A stretch of DNA of 44,844 nucleotides, counting the filler, from Jimgerdemannia flammicorona (Eukaryota), in assembly GCA_003990765.1 (NCBI GenBank). It is 2 parts of 2 records of this genome, joined end to end, with 100 filler letters (N's around TTAATTAATTAA, not from the genome) between each part and the next. Parts side by side here need not be neighbours in the genome. Positions count along the whole stretch, not along the records: positions 1 to 22,377 come from RBNJ01001292.1; 1 more part is not named here. The stretch is one strand, 5' to 3'. The translations under genes and the position numbers were made by a program. Positions within the stretch are counted from its first letter, which is position 1. Each line of letters opens with the position of its first letter. The notes beneath the pieces are model-generated. The model was not told the origin of the DNA. It did no database searches and was given only the letters and a program-made list of their open reading frames with translations. Below, one piece after another: positions 1-12,182 of this stretch.

Positions 1-1871
1 TTTTTTGCCACCAAATCCGGGTGAATTGTCCCAAAGTCCCAAAGCTTCCCGGACGTCCGACAATCGATAAAGAAAAAAAATCACTTCGGTACGTTCTCTT
101 GAAATCTTATAGAATTATCCTATCTGCGAGGAAGTATATACGTAAAGATGTCCATTCGCGTGGTGGAGGATTGGAAAGAGTGTAGGTGGGTATGGTTAGT
201 TGGAAGTTCGCGAAGGGGCCGTTAATTGTATGATCAAAAGGGATGAGTGAGAAAGGTTCTTCAGTTGCTGAGTTACTAAGTAGCCGTAGTATATGAAACC
301 GAGACCCTATGGAGCTAAACGGGTTATGGTTCTGCCTACGGATGTACGCAGCGCTGAAACTGGCGTATGGGACAGAAACCGAGACTGAGAGATGGGTTGT
401 GAGGATTGCATAAGGTTGATTTCAGCTTGAACTTTGCTCATTATAAGAAATGTTCGTGCTCGAGTTCCATCAACGTCGTCCTGTTTCCTATTTTTAGTAA
501 CAAGGAAGGATAAAAAAGCTTTTATCTATTAGCGATCAATCAGCGCAAAATTTCAACGGCGGTTCTTGCCATTGTTTTGTTATAGGTCGACGCATGTATA
601 TGTTTATCAGGAACCACAACTGATTGGTCTAGGTCTTGTGTTTCAAGGATGTAATTTCTATGCCATTTTCAATCCACCATCATCGCTTTCAGAACTTCTT
701 TGCACTTGGGGAATTGGAAGAGCATCCGCCAAAAGCGGTTCCCGACGCTGTGCGGCCGTTTTTTTTTTTTTTAACTATTGGCGGAAACTCAATTATTTCC
801 ACCATGAGAGCAAAAAAATATAGAAGCCCCTAAATCTGCGGTGCATAAAGTGTTCAATGTGGATCTGTTTTCACTTTCATGTTTGTAAATACATTACACA
901 CTGGTGCACCTTCCACAATCGGATTTTTAAATGGCAGACGTATAAACTCTCTAGTCTCGCAAAGCCCAATGTATTAGTGGGCTCACTAGTATTGCAGGCT
1001 GAATAGGGCACATTGTCTCCGACGACCAGGACAAGACGGCGGGTTTTCACAAGGGATTGAAATATTGCGACGTTTATCCGATGGGCCACTTGTTCGACGT
1101 CTCCCAATACGCGGAGTGAAAGGTGTAGATGTGGCTATCCAAAGTTTGTCATTTGCAGTTCTTGGACGAGAACGCCAAGGCATCTATCTGGCATACAATC
1201 ATAGCAAACGCAATTATATCGGTGTTCGATACGTATACCTGGTGTTCCAAACGGTTGAAAACGTTGGATGTATGCCAATGATAATCCCATATAATGACAA
1301 CTTGCAGTGTGTAATAAGAGAGTTTATTTCACACCGGTTCTTTTTCTCCAACACAAACCATCTCCACATCCATCCTTTTACCAGGAACCCCACACCTCTA
1401 CCTCCATCTCCACCATCCACAAATGAGCATGGGAGCACAAAATTTTCTTCCAAATCCCTCGCCTCCCTCTTCCCCAGCTTCCTCCATATCCCCTCGAGCC
1501 TCCTTCCGCATCTCCTTTTCAAGCCTCCTCTTAGAAAATGGATTCGACTTAGCACAATCAAGCTCACTCTTGCCAGCCCGCAGCCCACAAATAATATTCT
1601 TTTACACGTAGCATCACACGCACCTTCCCCACCTGAATCCGACGTTCGGTGCTGGCAGTACTTGTCAAACATTGCCGCGTCGGACTCGAACCGTTCTGTC
1701 ACTCGGTGCCACCACCGCGCATCAAGCGCACCACCCGCCGTATCGCTGGGAGTGCCATAGGTCTCGCGTGCGGAATAAGTTTTGAGTGGTGTTGGTGGAC
1801 TCCCAGATGCGCGATTGAGAAAGGTGATTGAGTCTAGAACTTGGTAGGTCATAGGATCGATTTTGTTGATA

Positions 1872-4255
1872 GAGGTAAAATCAAAAAGATGAGACCAGTT
1901 TTTGACATGTCAGAATTGAAATGCAAGCTGCGCCACATTGGTTCATTTTTAGGCCTGGTATTTACAATCATGTGTTGCTCTGCCACTTATCTTCCACCCT
2001 GCTAACATGCAACTCTCTGCAATGAATGATGCTATAATTAAATAAGATGGAAGTCCTCTTACCAGAATTGAGTATATTATCCTAATCAATGTCTGGTGAT
2101 ACTTAAATAAGTATAAAGTAGTCTACATAACTCATATCACTACCAAAGGCCACAGACTGCTTGCCTTGATCACTGGTATTGGGGAAAATACTGCACAGAA
2201 GGCCTTGGCCTTCAAAAAGAAGAATGAGCTACTGCTGAGTACATATAAATGATATTGATAGTACTTGAAATAAATTGAATTAAATTAAATTTATCTCTAA
2301 TTCAATTTAATTTAAAATATTTAAATCAAATTAAGGGTCAATTTGATTCAATTCAATTCAAATTGAGGTCCAATTCAATTTGAAGTTCAATTTGAACTTA
2401 ATTTTTCAAAATTCAATAATATAATCAAAATATATTCAAATTTAATAAATTTTAGCTTATTCAATATGCTTTATAATAGAGAATCTAGTATAATAAAAAA
2501 TATTAAATTTGGATATATTTCTATTGAGTTATTATATTTTGAATTTGGGATAAATATTTCAAATTAAATTAGATTCCAATTTGATTTGATTGAATTGAAT
2601 TAGGTCTCAATTTGATATAAATAACCCTAAATTTAATTCAATTCAAATTGATTCAATTTTTTTTAGGAGCACTAGATATTAGTTACAAAAAAAAAAAAAG
2701 CAAATCAATAATAAGTATACTGTAGCTATTAGAGTCCTTATTCTCAAAAAGAATATAAAGAGTACTCTGGTTACTACCTATCTGCTCAAAGAGTCTCTTT
2801 GCTAATACTATAGCTTTAAGATAGCTATTGTGATATTGTATAGAGATCTCTATCTGATGGGCTACCACTTTGAAAAAAGTATCTGTCAGAATATTCTCTA
2901 TTATATATAAGTTAACATCAACTATTATAACCTTTATATTAAGTGTTAGCTGAAAAATCTCAATACCAACTACCTTCCTAAGCTCCTGGAAGTCTTTCTG
3001 AACAAGTTATACTACTATCTTAATTACTATTTATAGAAGACCTAGATGGTGTCTGAAAGAGCCACCAATGAGAGGAGCTGATAACTAATGCTTATAATTT
3101 TTGAAGTATTTGTCATCTACTGCCAAAATGACTATCTCAATATATAGTTTATCAAGAAGAGTATTCTCATCTGATCAATCAAGAGAGGAGTAAGAGGAGT
3201 ACTATAAGAAAAGAGAGAGCAAGATCATAGTAGGTCAGTGAACAAAGAAGAACTTCATAAGTATATTATTTGAATATCTGTTTAAAAGCCTCTGCAATAT
3301 GCTCAAGAAGGATTTCAGATCATACTATATCTATATAGATAGAACTAAGTATTATATCTATATAAAGAACTCATACTATAAAGATTGCTAAGGTGTATAA
3401 GTAATTTATATATATAAATATCTCTATTTTTACTGACTCAATTCTAGGAAAGAAGCTGACAAAGGTAGAAATGATTATATATATCAAAACATTGAACTAT
3501 CCTATATATTATCTTATATAAGATTATAAGTACTATAGATATATTATCATAAAACTCTACTATATTACTATGAACTTCAGTCTATTGAGCAGATGTGAAG
3601 TATTATTAAGAATTAAATTACTATATACTCAAACTCTCAAGAAATAAAAGTAATACTTATGAACTAACTGCTATTACTATTTACTACTATCAAGCCTATA
3701 ACCCTCATTAATATCTGAAAAAAGACTGTAAAGATTAATGAAAACTATCAAAGATCTATAAAAGAGAAAATAAGATAAGATTCAACTTTAATACTGAGGA
3801 ATCTAATACTAAGAAATTGAACAGTAAAAAGAGCACAGAAGACAATAATAATAAGTAGAGTGTAATGGGGCAGATAAATCAATTAAAACATATCATAGTG
3901 ATGATAAAGAGTATAGAGATAACAGAACATGTAAGTAATCAGAATAAGAGTGATGAGATGAGAGTGGTGAGAATAATGATTACTAGGAGTGGAGACAGCT
4001 AGAGGTTCTAAACTAATAGAAACCATAGTATAAAATAGAAAGTATATAGAACAAAATTTAGTTTCTTGATGAAAAAATTGTTTTTCTATAAAACAATTCA
4101 TCTTCTACTAGATTTTGGAAACAAGACTATTCTATCTATCCCAGGCTTTCTGAATAGCAACTCTATGAAGTCAAACTTGAATAAAGTCAATAAGATATTT
4201 GGTTGTTGAAATATTTATGTATTTACCATGGTCCTATCTTTTTTGATTTTACCTC
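1872..4255 (+). mobile_element. Decayed Tc1/mariner (IS630-Tc1-mariner)-like TIR DNA transposon with TA target-site duplication
   Basis: Imperfect ~26-bp TIRs: TA|gaggtaaaatcaaaaagatgagacca (1870-1897) and tggtcctatcttttttgattttacctc|TA (4229-4257). Removing the element plus one TA restores the acceptor ctag| and the reading frame FR-INKIDPMTY of the host gene. A decayed + frame at ~2008-2240 (GSPLTRIE..INVW*Y..LITGIGENTAQKAL) resembles a transposase HTH N-terminus. No DDE motif recognised. Confidence 0.8.
2259..2674. mobile_element. AT-rich MITE (hAT-like) nested in the Tc1-like element
   Basis: Inverted termini tagtacttgaaataaattgaat.. and ..attcaattttttttaggagcacta. Near-identical 8-bp flanks gatattga (2251-2258) and gatattag (2675-2682). 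The interior is built of aattg/caatt/attca pentamer repeats. Confidence 0.65.
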
Positions 4256-6319
4256 TACTAGCCAGAGGGAGAGTGAGTGTATTTAGCATTATTAATAAAG
4301 TCAGATAAAGTAATAAAGTCAGATAAAGTAAAGTACAGATGGAAAAGGGTAACGAATGGGGTCAACGTACCGGAATGCCGGATTAGTATTCAATCTCGGA
4401 ACGACGGATGGCGCGAGATACCCGACAGAGATGGTATTATCTACAGATGGCCTGAACTCATCTGCATAAAAGAGCTCGAACTCGTCGCCGTAGAACTGGG
4501 CGGCAATGACGTGGGGTGACTATCGTTGCACAATCTGGCAGTAGAAGTGCGCGAAGTTGTGGAAGCAGTCGCTCGAGCCGGGCGGAACGTCTAAAAGTGG
4601 GAGGGTGGGTAAGTGAGTGTGGCGCAATAAGATGGGTTTTGAAGGGAGAGAGTGCATGTACGTACGGGCGACGATCCAAACGCCTAGTGTGTGAAAAGGA
4701 AAAAGATAATAAGAGCTATTGACATAGCTGCAGATGCCAGACATGCAACGAATAAAATAACCACGTACATGCGCAGGATTGAGAACCGAGAAAACCATAC
4801 CTGCAATTGAGCCACAAGAAAGGCGAAGATCCCTAAGCAATAAATCCGATAAATTATGTCATCATCGATATCCACCAAAATAATTTCTATCACCTTATCT
4901 TCTCTCCACTCCCATTATAGCCACCAAACCTACCATTCGGATCCAGTTCGCTAGCCTTCTCATAAAACCACCAGTCCTCGATGTAACACAAGTTAGTGTT
5001 GAGCGCAATGACTTTGAGCCCCGACACGGGCGAGTGGCGTACGACCCGTAGTCGGCGGCCTCGAGGACGGCGCCACCCGCAAGCCAGGTAGCTCGCTCCA
5101 GCTATTGGCTAGCGTTTGGTACACCCACTCGCCGTCGTGCGATTGTGATTTGGTGGAAAGAGATTTACGGGCGCTATGTCTGGGTAGTGGTGCAAGTAAG
5201 CAGGTGGATTAATAGGGCGGTTACCCGAAGAGAATGTTTGGAAAGAGGTTGATATGGTGTGAATGACCCGCAGGGGAGACACAAAGTACCGTGGTTACCG
5301 ACCGCCGGAAAGACCTTTGTGATGTTAGAGGTCGCGAAGTGCTTGGAGATTGCGGTGTAAATGGTCGTGAGCGTCGTAGTCACAGAGGCCTGGTTCGCAA
5401 GCCAGACGTCTTGCGGGGCGATGTCGCTAGGTGATTGCCAATCTGATCTCTTCGGTGTAAAAAACAAATGTTGACCTACCCCGTGGTGATGGCGAAGTCG
5501 ATGATGGGCTCAATCTTGGAAATAGCGTCGAGCAGGTTTTCCAGGAGTAAGGCAGGCGTGTCGCTTAGGTGGTTAGAGATGGGAAGAAAAGGGAGGGTTA
5601 GGTAGAAGAGCAGATGGGACGGATCAAATATGCGTTCGAGTTCAGCAAGGGCTCACCTGAAATAGTCGCCCCATTTGAGTGCCGGCCTACTGGGCGTCGT
5701 CTGATTCTCGTAGTCGCGGCAACAGATCGGGAACTGGCAGTTCGCTTCGGTGCCGGGCTGCGCGTCGCGGGGAACGAGGATTCTGAATCTCTGACTCCAA
5801 AAACCAAATAAGGAAGCACGCGCAAGTATCTGTGCTAACTCAAAATCGCAGCGAAATCAACCCACTTACTGCATACAGTGGGTCGACGTGAATGTCCGAC
5901 AGGTGCAACACGGTCTTGACCTTTCCGCTCACGGCCGGGGCGGACGTGTTAGCAGGCCGGGGTTTGGGAAAAGTGACGCTGTAGTTGGGAACGGCGGGGT
6001 AGGGGCAAAAACCGCCCATGGTGGCCCACATCAGCCTGCCCTCGTAGCCTGGTTGGTTGGCGATTTTGGGAAGGTGGGGCGCAGGGGAGGTAGCCATTAC
6101 GTGGGAAAAAATGAGTGTGGGAAGGTGAGTGGTGAGTTTTAAATCAGGATTTTTTTTTTTTTTTTTTTTTGACGTGCATGTGAGAGAGGTGAGCGGGGCT
6201 CACGACTATGCCCATCAGGGTCTTTGAGGATTTGCACACCGCCTTCAGTAGGGAGATGAAGCCTTCCTCGGAGATTTCGGCGATGGTTTGCGCCAGCTTT
6301 GATGAAACCTGGGTTACGA

Positions 6320-6394
6320 CTAAGCATCGCTTGGTTCCGGACCATTTCCTGCCATCCTGAAAGCGTTGGCATGCTTTATTTGTCTTAAACATGG
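6320..6394. repeat. Dispersed ~75-85 bp repeat, copy 1, at the 5' truncation point of the sphingomyelinase pseudogene
   Basis: ctaagcatcgcttggttccggacc..ctgccatcctgaaagcgttggc.tgctttatttgtcttaaa.atgg recurs in the same orientation at 20712-20798. The ORF track shows FKTNKA(C/R)QRFQDGR at both sites. Confidence 0.9.
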
Positions 6395-7496
6395 TATATA
6401 CATGCGAATTTTCATCTGTCTAAGACATATATGTATGAGACATTTCATGTAAACCCTAGTAATAAAAGAATGTCTCAACTCCTATGACCTCTCTTTCCTA
6501 TGACCTCTCTTTTTTTTGTATTATTATGAATGACAACCAAATCCAACAGCAATGTGACTGTGCCAAATTCCTTCGACACGTTACTGAAGCTGTTGCAGTC
6601 AGCCTCCGCCCTCCTCTGCCAGATCCAGAGATTGCAAATGGATGTGAGTGCTCCTCTGATGATGGGCAGATGATCCCTCAAACCTCAGAGACAACCCTGA
6701 TGGAATAGACCTCCACATGATGTCACTGATAGTGGTGATGAGAAATTCCTTGACAAGGGCTATTAGGTATTACAACACTCCTTTCATATTTACTGATGTG
6801 ATTCCACAGGACTGGATTGAGATCCATCTCATTTTCACTAGTCTCTAAAAACTCCTCTATTGTAATCCTGAGCCAAGATATGGGGTTTTTTACACTCTCA
6901 TCATTGATAAGACCTTTACTGATAATTTCTCTAAGGCTATTAAGAAAGCAGACAAGGTTCTTACTGAGATCTAATAAGTAATTTATAATACTCTCTATCT
7001 GGTTACTATTATTCTTTATACTGTCAAACTATGTCTGAATAGTATAGATCTCTATCATAGACTAATTTATGATAATAACATTTCTTCTCTAATAGAAAAA
7101 CTCTAAGACTCTCTCTAAATCAGCTTTTATGAGACTGAATACATTCAGATCTATCACTGTACAGAGCTTGTCAGAGCTGCTAAATAGTTCTCTGCTCTTA
7201 TCTCTGCTTACCATACTATGGTCTCTAGCTTTAGTTTAATAGTAATCTGTTTAGTACTAACTTCATCTGTCATTTCAATAATAATACTAAATATTAAAAG
7301 TACTATCTTATTATATATAATATAGTCAAATATAGCTACAATAATAATACTTTCTACTATAGTTTAACTTTCTCTAAAGATCTCAGTTAGAAAAATAAAA
7401 TTTAGAGCAACTACTATTCTAATTATTATTGATAATACTTTAGTTCCAGAAATCACACTCTAAGTACAAATAGTTAAAAAGGTTTCTAAGCTCTAT

Positions 7497-10400
7497 ATCT
7501 TTGTACTTGTATATATTGATGACATCTTGATCTTCAGTAGCACTGAAGAAGAACACCTCAAGCATATTGAACAAGTCCTCAAGATCCTTCATAAGAACAA
7601 GCTCTATACAAAGCTCAAGAAATGTGAAATTTTCAAGGATCAAGTTGAATATCTTGGACATATTGTATCAGCCAAAGGAATTCAAGTAGACCCAAGGAAA
7701 ATATAAGCCATTGAACAGTGGCCTGTACTAGCAAACCTCACTGAACTCAGATCCTTCCTTGGTCTGGCTAGATATTACCATCAATTTGTTAAGAACTTTT
7801 CTGGTATCACAGAATCTTTAACAAACCTCCTGTGAAAGGAACCCAACTCTGACCTCTATGTCTCCTATATCTGGAATGCTTTCTGTCAATAAGCTTTTCA
7901 AGAACTCAAGAACTGCCTGACCCATGCACCTGTTCTTAGAAACATGGACCCAAACTTGAAGTTCATAGTCACTACAGATGTATCTAACTTTGCCATTAAT
8001 GCAGTCATTTCTCAAGATGATGGTCAAGGACACTGACCTATTGCCTTTAAGTCAAGAAAATTGTCCCCAGCTAAACAAAAGCTGGCTACTCACAAAAAGA
8101 AACTCCTGGCAATTATGTATACTCTCAAGACCTGGTGACACTACCTAGAAGGAGTTAAGTTTGACATGATCACTGATCACAGATCCCTTCAGTACATCAA
8201 CACTCAACCAACCCTTTCTCACCAACAAGCCAAGTGGAGTCAACTACTTCAAACCTTTACCCCAAACATCATCTATAAGTCTGGCAAAACTCTAATTGTA
8301 TCAGATGTACTTTCAAGAAGACCTAATCTTGCTGCAATTTTACAAGTCACCATGGCACCTGAATTCCTCAATCAGATCAAGAAGGCATATGAACAAGACT
8401 CTCTAGTTCTACAAAGGAACACCAAGGAATTCAAGAAAAAGTATATCATCAAAGACAACCTCATGTACTATCAAGACAAAGTATATATTTCTGCTAACTC
8501 TAAACTATGGTATAAGATTCTTCATGAACATTATGACTCCCCACTAGCTGGTTACCTTGGAACTGAGAAGACCATCAAGAATATCCAATGAGATTACTAC
8601 TGGTCAAGCATGCTCAAGGAACTCAAGGAGTATGTCTAAAGCTGCAATCTTTGTCAAAGAAACAAGTCAAGCAACCAAGCACTCACTAGTCTTCTGCAAC
8701 CTCTACCAATTCCAACCAAGAAGTTCAAACAAGTCACAATGGACTTCATTGTACAACTCCCACGAACCAAAACAGGCTATGATGCTATTGTTGTATTTGT
8801 GGACTGTCTCATCAAGATTACAATTGCCAAGCCAACTATAACCAATACCACTGCCCCAGAAATTGCAAGGATCTTCTTCAAGACTATCTTCCACCATTAT
8901 GGACTTCCCTGAGTAATTATCAGTGACCATGATCCCAAGTTCACAAGCCACTTCTGGCAAGCACTCTTCAAGACTCTTGGAATCCAAATCACTATGTCCA
9001 CTGCCTTCCATCCTCAAACTGATGGACAGACTGAGTGAATGAACAAAATACTTGAACAAATGCTCAGAAACTATATGTCTTATGAGTAAGATGATTGGGA
9101 CCACTATCTGACCTATACTAAGTTCACCTACAACAATGCTACCTGATCATTGACTGGTCTTTCCCCATTTCAGCTACTTCATGGTCAAAACCCTGAGACC
9201 CCTGCAAGTCTAGTCTCATTCCAGCAATCCAGTCACACACAAGTCTCCACAGCCCAGAACCTTATTAACAAAATGGATTCCCTTCTCAAGATCACCACTA
9301 TAAATCTACAAAAGGCTCAGCAATATCAAGCTAAGTATATAGATAAGAAGCAGTGAGATGTTATATACAACATTGGTGATATGGTTCTACTCAAAGCCAA
9401 TAACATCAAGGCTTAATTTCAAGTCAACTGCCAGTTAGCCAAATTTTAGCCTAAGTATCTTGAACCCTTCAAGATCACTAAGCAAGTCTCCACCTGGTCT
9501 TACCACCTCAACTTGCCAACAATCATGTATATACACCCAGTATTTCATATGTCACAACTCAAGGCCTGGAACCAGTTACCCCCATACCCTGGCTGAATTC
9601 CAATACCATAAGCACCAGTGATAGTTGAAGACCACATTGAGTATAAAGTTGAGAAAATCTTAGACAAATAAGTCTGGTACTGTTACACAGAATACCAAAT
9701 AAAGTGGATGGGTTATCCTAAATATGATGCTACCTAGGAACCTGCCGCCAATCTCAAGAACTCTCAAGACCTCATCTAAGAGTTTGAGCAAAAAGGAACT
9801 CATTGACTGCTCATGAGGTTCTTTCCTTGGATAGTAGATGACATACTGTGCTGATCAGACACATTAAGCACTGGGGCACTCTAAAGGATATAGTATCAGA
9901 AATAAGAGATATAAGAGAACCCTATAAATCCTACAACCAATGAGGTTTGAACCAGTTCTCATCTGATCAAGATAATACTTTGACCCTTGTCTTATACAAG
10001 GATGGCCAGTCCTTGCCAATGAGCCGACATATTTTGTTTGAGGTTTCTTTTAGTCTTATTGTTTATTATATATAACTTTGAGAATTCAACAAGCATGTTG
10101 ATTCTTAAGAAGAGGAAGATGTAACATTTTAGCATAGTTTACTTCTTTTCTTTATCTTTTCTTAATATTCTACAACCTTCTGGTACTTTCCAAATACTTA
10201 GAAATCCTTTCTTGGCACCAAGCATCCACTAGTACTTATTTAGCTAGTTACTGAATATTCTGGAAACTTGTAAAACTTTATTTGTTATCATTTGTCATCT
10301 TTGCTGAGAACTTTCCTCTTGGTATTTTCCTTTGATTTCTCAGATCCTTCCAGATCTTTCTTTCAGATCTTCTATAAATATCTCCTTTGTTCTTATGAAT

Positions 10401-10523
10401 AAAGTCTTAGAATATTTCCTCTTAGAAATCCTTCGAGAACACTTGAATCCTTAAGTATCTCTTCAAGTTACTTAGAACCACCAGAACTAGTTGCTTCCTT
10501 ATTTAGAAACTAGAACCATTACA
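7497..10523 (+). mobile_element. 5'-truncated Ty3/gypsy chromovirus (RT-RNaseH-integrase-chromodomain, PPT, 3' LTR), pseudogenised
   Basis: FVLVYIDDILIFS..YLGHIVS (RT); TTDVSNFAI..ELLAI..ITDHRSL (RNase H); H..C..C and [26 protein letters not shown] (integrase); EYKVEKILD..YQIKWMGYP..DAT*EP (chromodomain, ~9640-9790). Many in-frame stops. Confidence 0.95.
10120..10523 (+). repeat. 3' LTR of the Ty3 chromovirus
   Basis: Starts tgtaac directly after the purine tract aagaagaggaaga (10107-10119) and ends ttaca. Contains tataaata (~10373) and aataaa (~10398). Confidence 0.75.
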
Positions 10524-12182
10524 ATCTGACTCAGTTCTTCTAAGAAAGAATAAGTACTTACTAACTTTATAATATTTATATAGCTATTAGATAGAGATAT
10601 CTATAGTATATAGAGCTTATTTCTCTACTCTTCTATCTATCTTATATCTCATTTAAGATTCTATAAATATATATCTCCCTTTATTCAAGAATAAGTTCAG
10701 CTAATGAGATATAATTACTCTCATATAATAATTATTATATATCTCTAGGATTTTATAATCTAATTAAGTTATAGATATTATATAGCAAAAAGATATATAT
10801 TTTTCTGAAATTATATACATTCTGACAGATAGTAAGTAACTTTATCAAATAATAAGTAACTATCAGTTTTTACAGTAGTATAGATGACTGACTAACTAAG
10901 ATGGTTCTAATAGTAGATACATATAATAAAGAAATATATCTCTAATTAAGCTCTTCTATCTCATCTCTACTCTCATTAAGAATAAGAATATATATCTAGT
11001 TTATTGAATATTTTATTGAACTTATAAAATAGAATCTCTATGCTCAATACTAAATAGTAATTAGCTTTTTATCAGCATACACTCTTCACACTATAGCCTC
11101 ATCTCCAACCATCTCTACAACTAATTTTTTGAGTATATAGTAGTTGTAGATATTGATTCCATTTACTGCCCCCACTCTGTTCAGGCCAAATCCTCTACTG
11201 AGACTCTCAAAGGGGGTACATCTATTGATAAAGCTCTTGAAAGCAGTATCTGAAGCTTTTGGATAACTTTTAAGTAATATTATCATCTCTTCTATTAGAC
11301 ACCTGCATGGATCTCATCTCTAGTCTATATGATTCTCTAGTATAAGAGCAAGGGCAAAGGTAAGAGCATCCATCAGATACTATCTCAGTGCTCTACTCAC
11401 CTTTGATCTACAAATAACTAACTCTGAAATTGTCTGGAACCAAGTAATACTTGGTCTCAGATAGACAAGACACCAGAGGTACTAAAGTCTGTCCCAGATT
11501 TTGTAAGCTTGGAGAGGATCATGAAGAGTTGGTTTTCCACCCATTTCCTGACCCCTTTTACTGGGTTTAATTCCTATTCTTTCCTACCTTCAGGCTGTGC
11601 TTTGCCAGCCAGTTTATCCTTTATTTTTCCCTTCGGGCGTTTTCCTGGCTCACATGCCAAGCTTTCTGGGCTAAGGGACTCTGTGGGCGTTGAGACATTC
11701 TTTTATTACTAGGAACCTGTGAAAATTTTGATTGGAGAATATCCTCACGATGGCAATATTTCCCTACCGCATAGTCACTATGGCCCGAGGTCATTGAGAT
11801 AAATGAAATTGAGATCTGTAGGCGGCGCGGCCTCGCTCCACCCAAAGTATTGGCCATCCAATTTAACAACCATTGGTCAAGCTTGACTAAACATCAACTT
11901 CGAATATCAAAACAGGTCCGAACAAGTTTGACGTCCAACAATAACAATCCGGATATATGCATAGAGCGTGCGGTGATGCGGGCATTTATGAAATTATATA
12001 TTCAAGTCTCGGTAAAAATCAGCTGCCGCTATTCAAAAATAGATCGGGCTCGGGCGAAAGCCATTCCGGGTCTAATAGTGCCTATTAATCGTTTGACACG
12101 ATGATAGGTTTTGATAAATACCACCGCCCTGTTCTCGAAGCTTTATATCTGCGAACAATAACGGTACTACTGTATAAAATCC

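Larger units (their letters stand above)
1398..6310 (-). pseudogene. Acid sphingomyelinase-like (calcineurin-like metallophosphoesterase, SMPD1/ASM family) multi-exon pseudogene, 5'-truncated and split by a TIR transposon
   Basis: Exons read in order on the minus strand: ~6200-6310 saposin-like helix (ISLLKAVCK); ~5870-6050 VLHLSDIHVDPLYA; ~5650-5757 PGTEANCQFPICCR..WGDY; ~5480-5566 DTP..LL..IDFAITTG; ~5288-5428 DIAPQDVW..VFPAVGNH; ~4935-5130 GSYA..LKVIALNTN..DPNG; VWIVAH/VPPG; ~4372-4590 YCQIVQR*..QFYG-DEF..LAPSV..NPAFR; 1398-1870 KIDPMTYQVLDS..YSARETYG..WWH..C..CK/NIICGLRAG. GT..AG introns are visible. Lesions: TAG where Tyr is expected (~4520), loss of HTH from the GHTH metal-binding motif, frameshifts (~1600, ~5030), TE insertion, no start or signal peptide. 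Confidence 0.9.
6455..11713. mobile_element. Unclassified TIR DNA element (~5.3 kb including a nested Ty3 fragment), 25-bp perfect TIR, 3-bp TSD AAC
   Basis: cctagtaataaaagaatgtctcaac (6455-6479) is the exact reverse complement of gttgagacattcttttattactagg (11689-11713). aac flanks both ends (6452-6454 and 11714-11716). The interior is CpG-depleted with remnants of a + strand ORF starting MNDNQIQQQ (~6526). Confidence 0.8.

Noticed and set aside
877..1107. Weak sirtuin-like look (LVKTRRLVLVVGD)
   Set aside because: Lacks GAGxS and PDFR and any downstream sirtuin motifs.
1065..1760. 231-aa + strand ORF
   Set aside because: Largely antisense to the last ASM-like exon and its 3' region, with no recognisable domain.
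11070..11110. Possible tyrosine-recombinase HxLR motif or endogenous viral ORF in the TIR element
   Set aside because: Requires assuming several back-mutations, and no other catalytic or viral motifs are visible.
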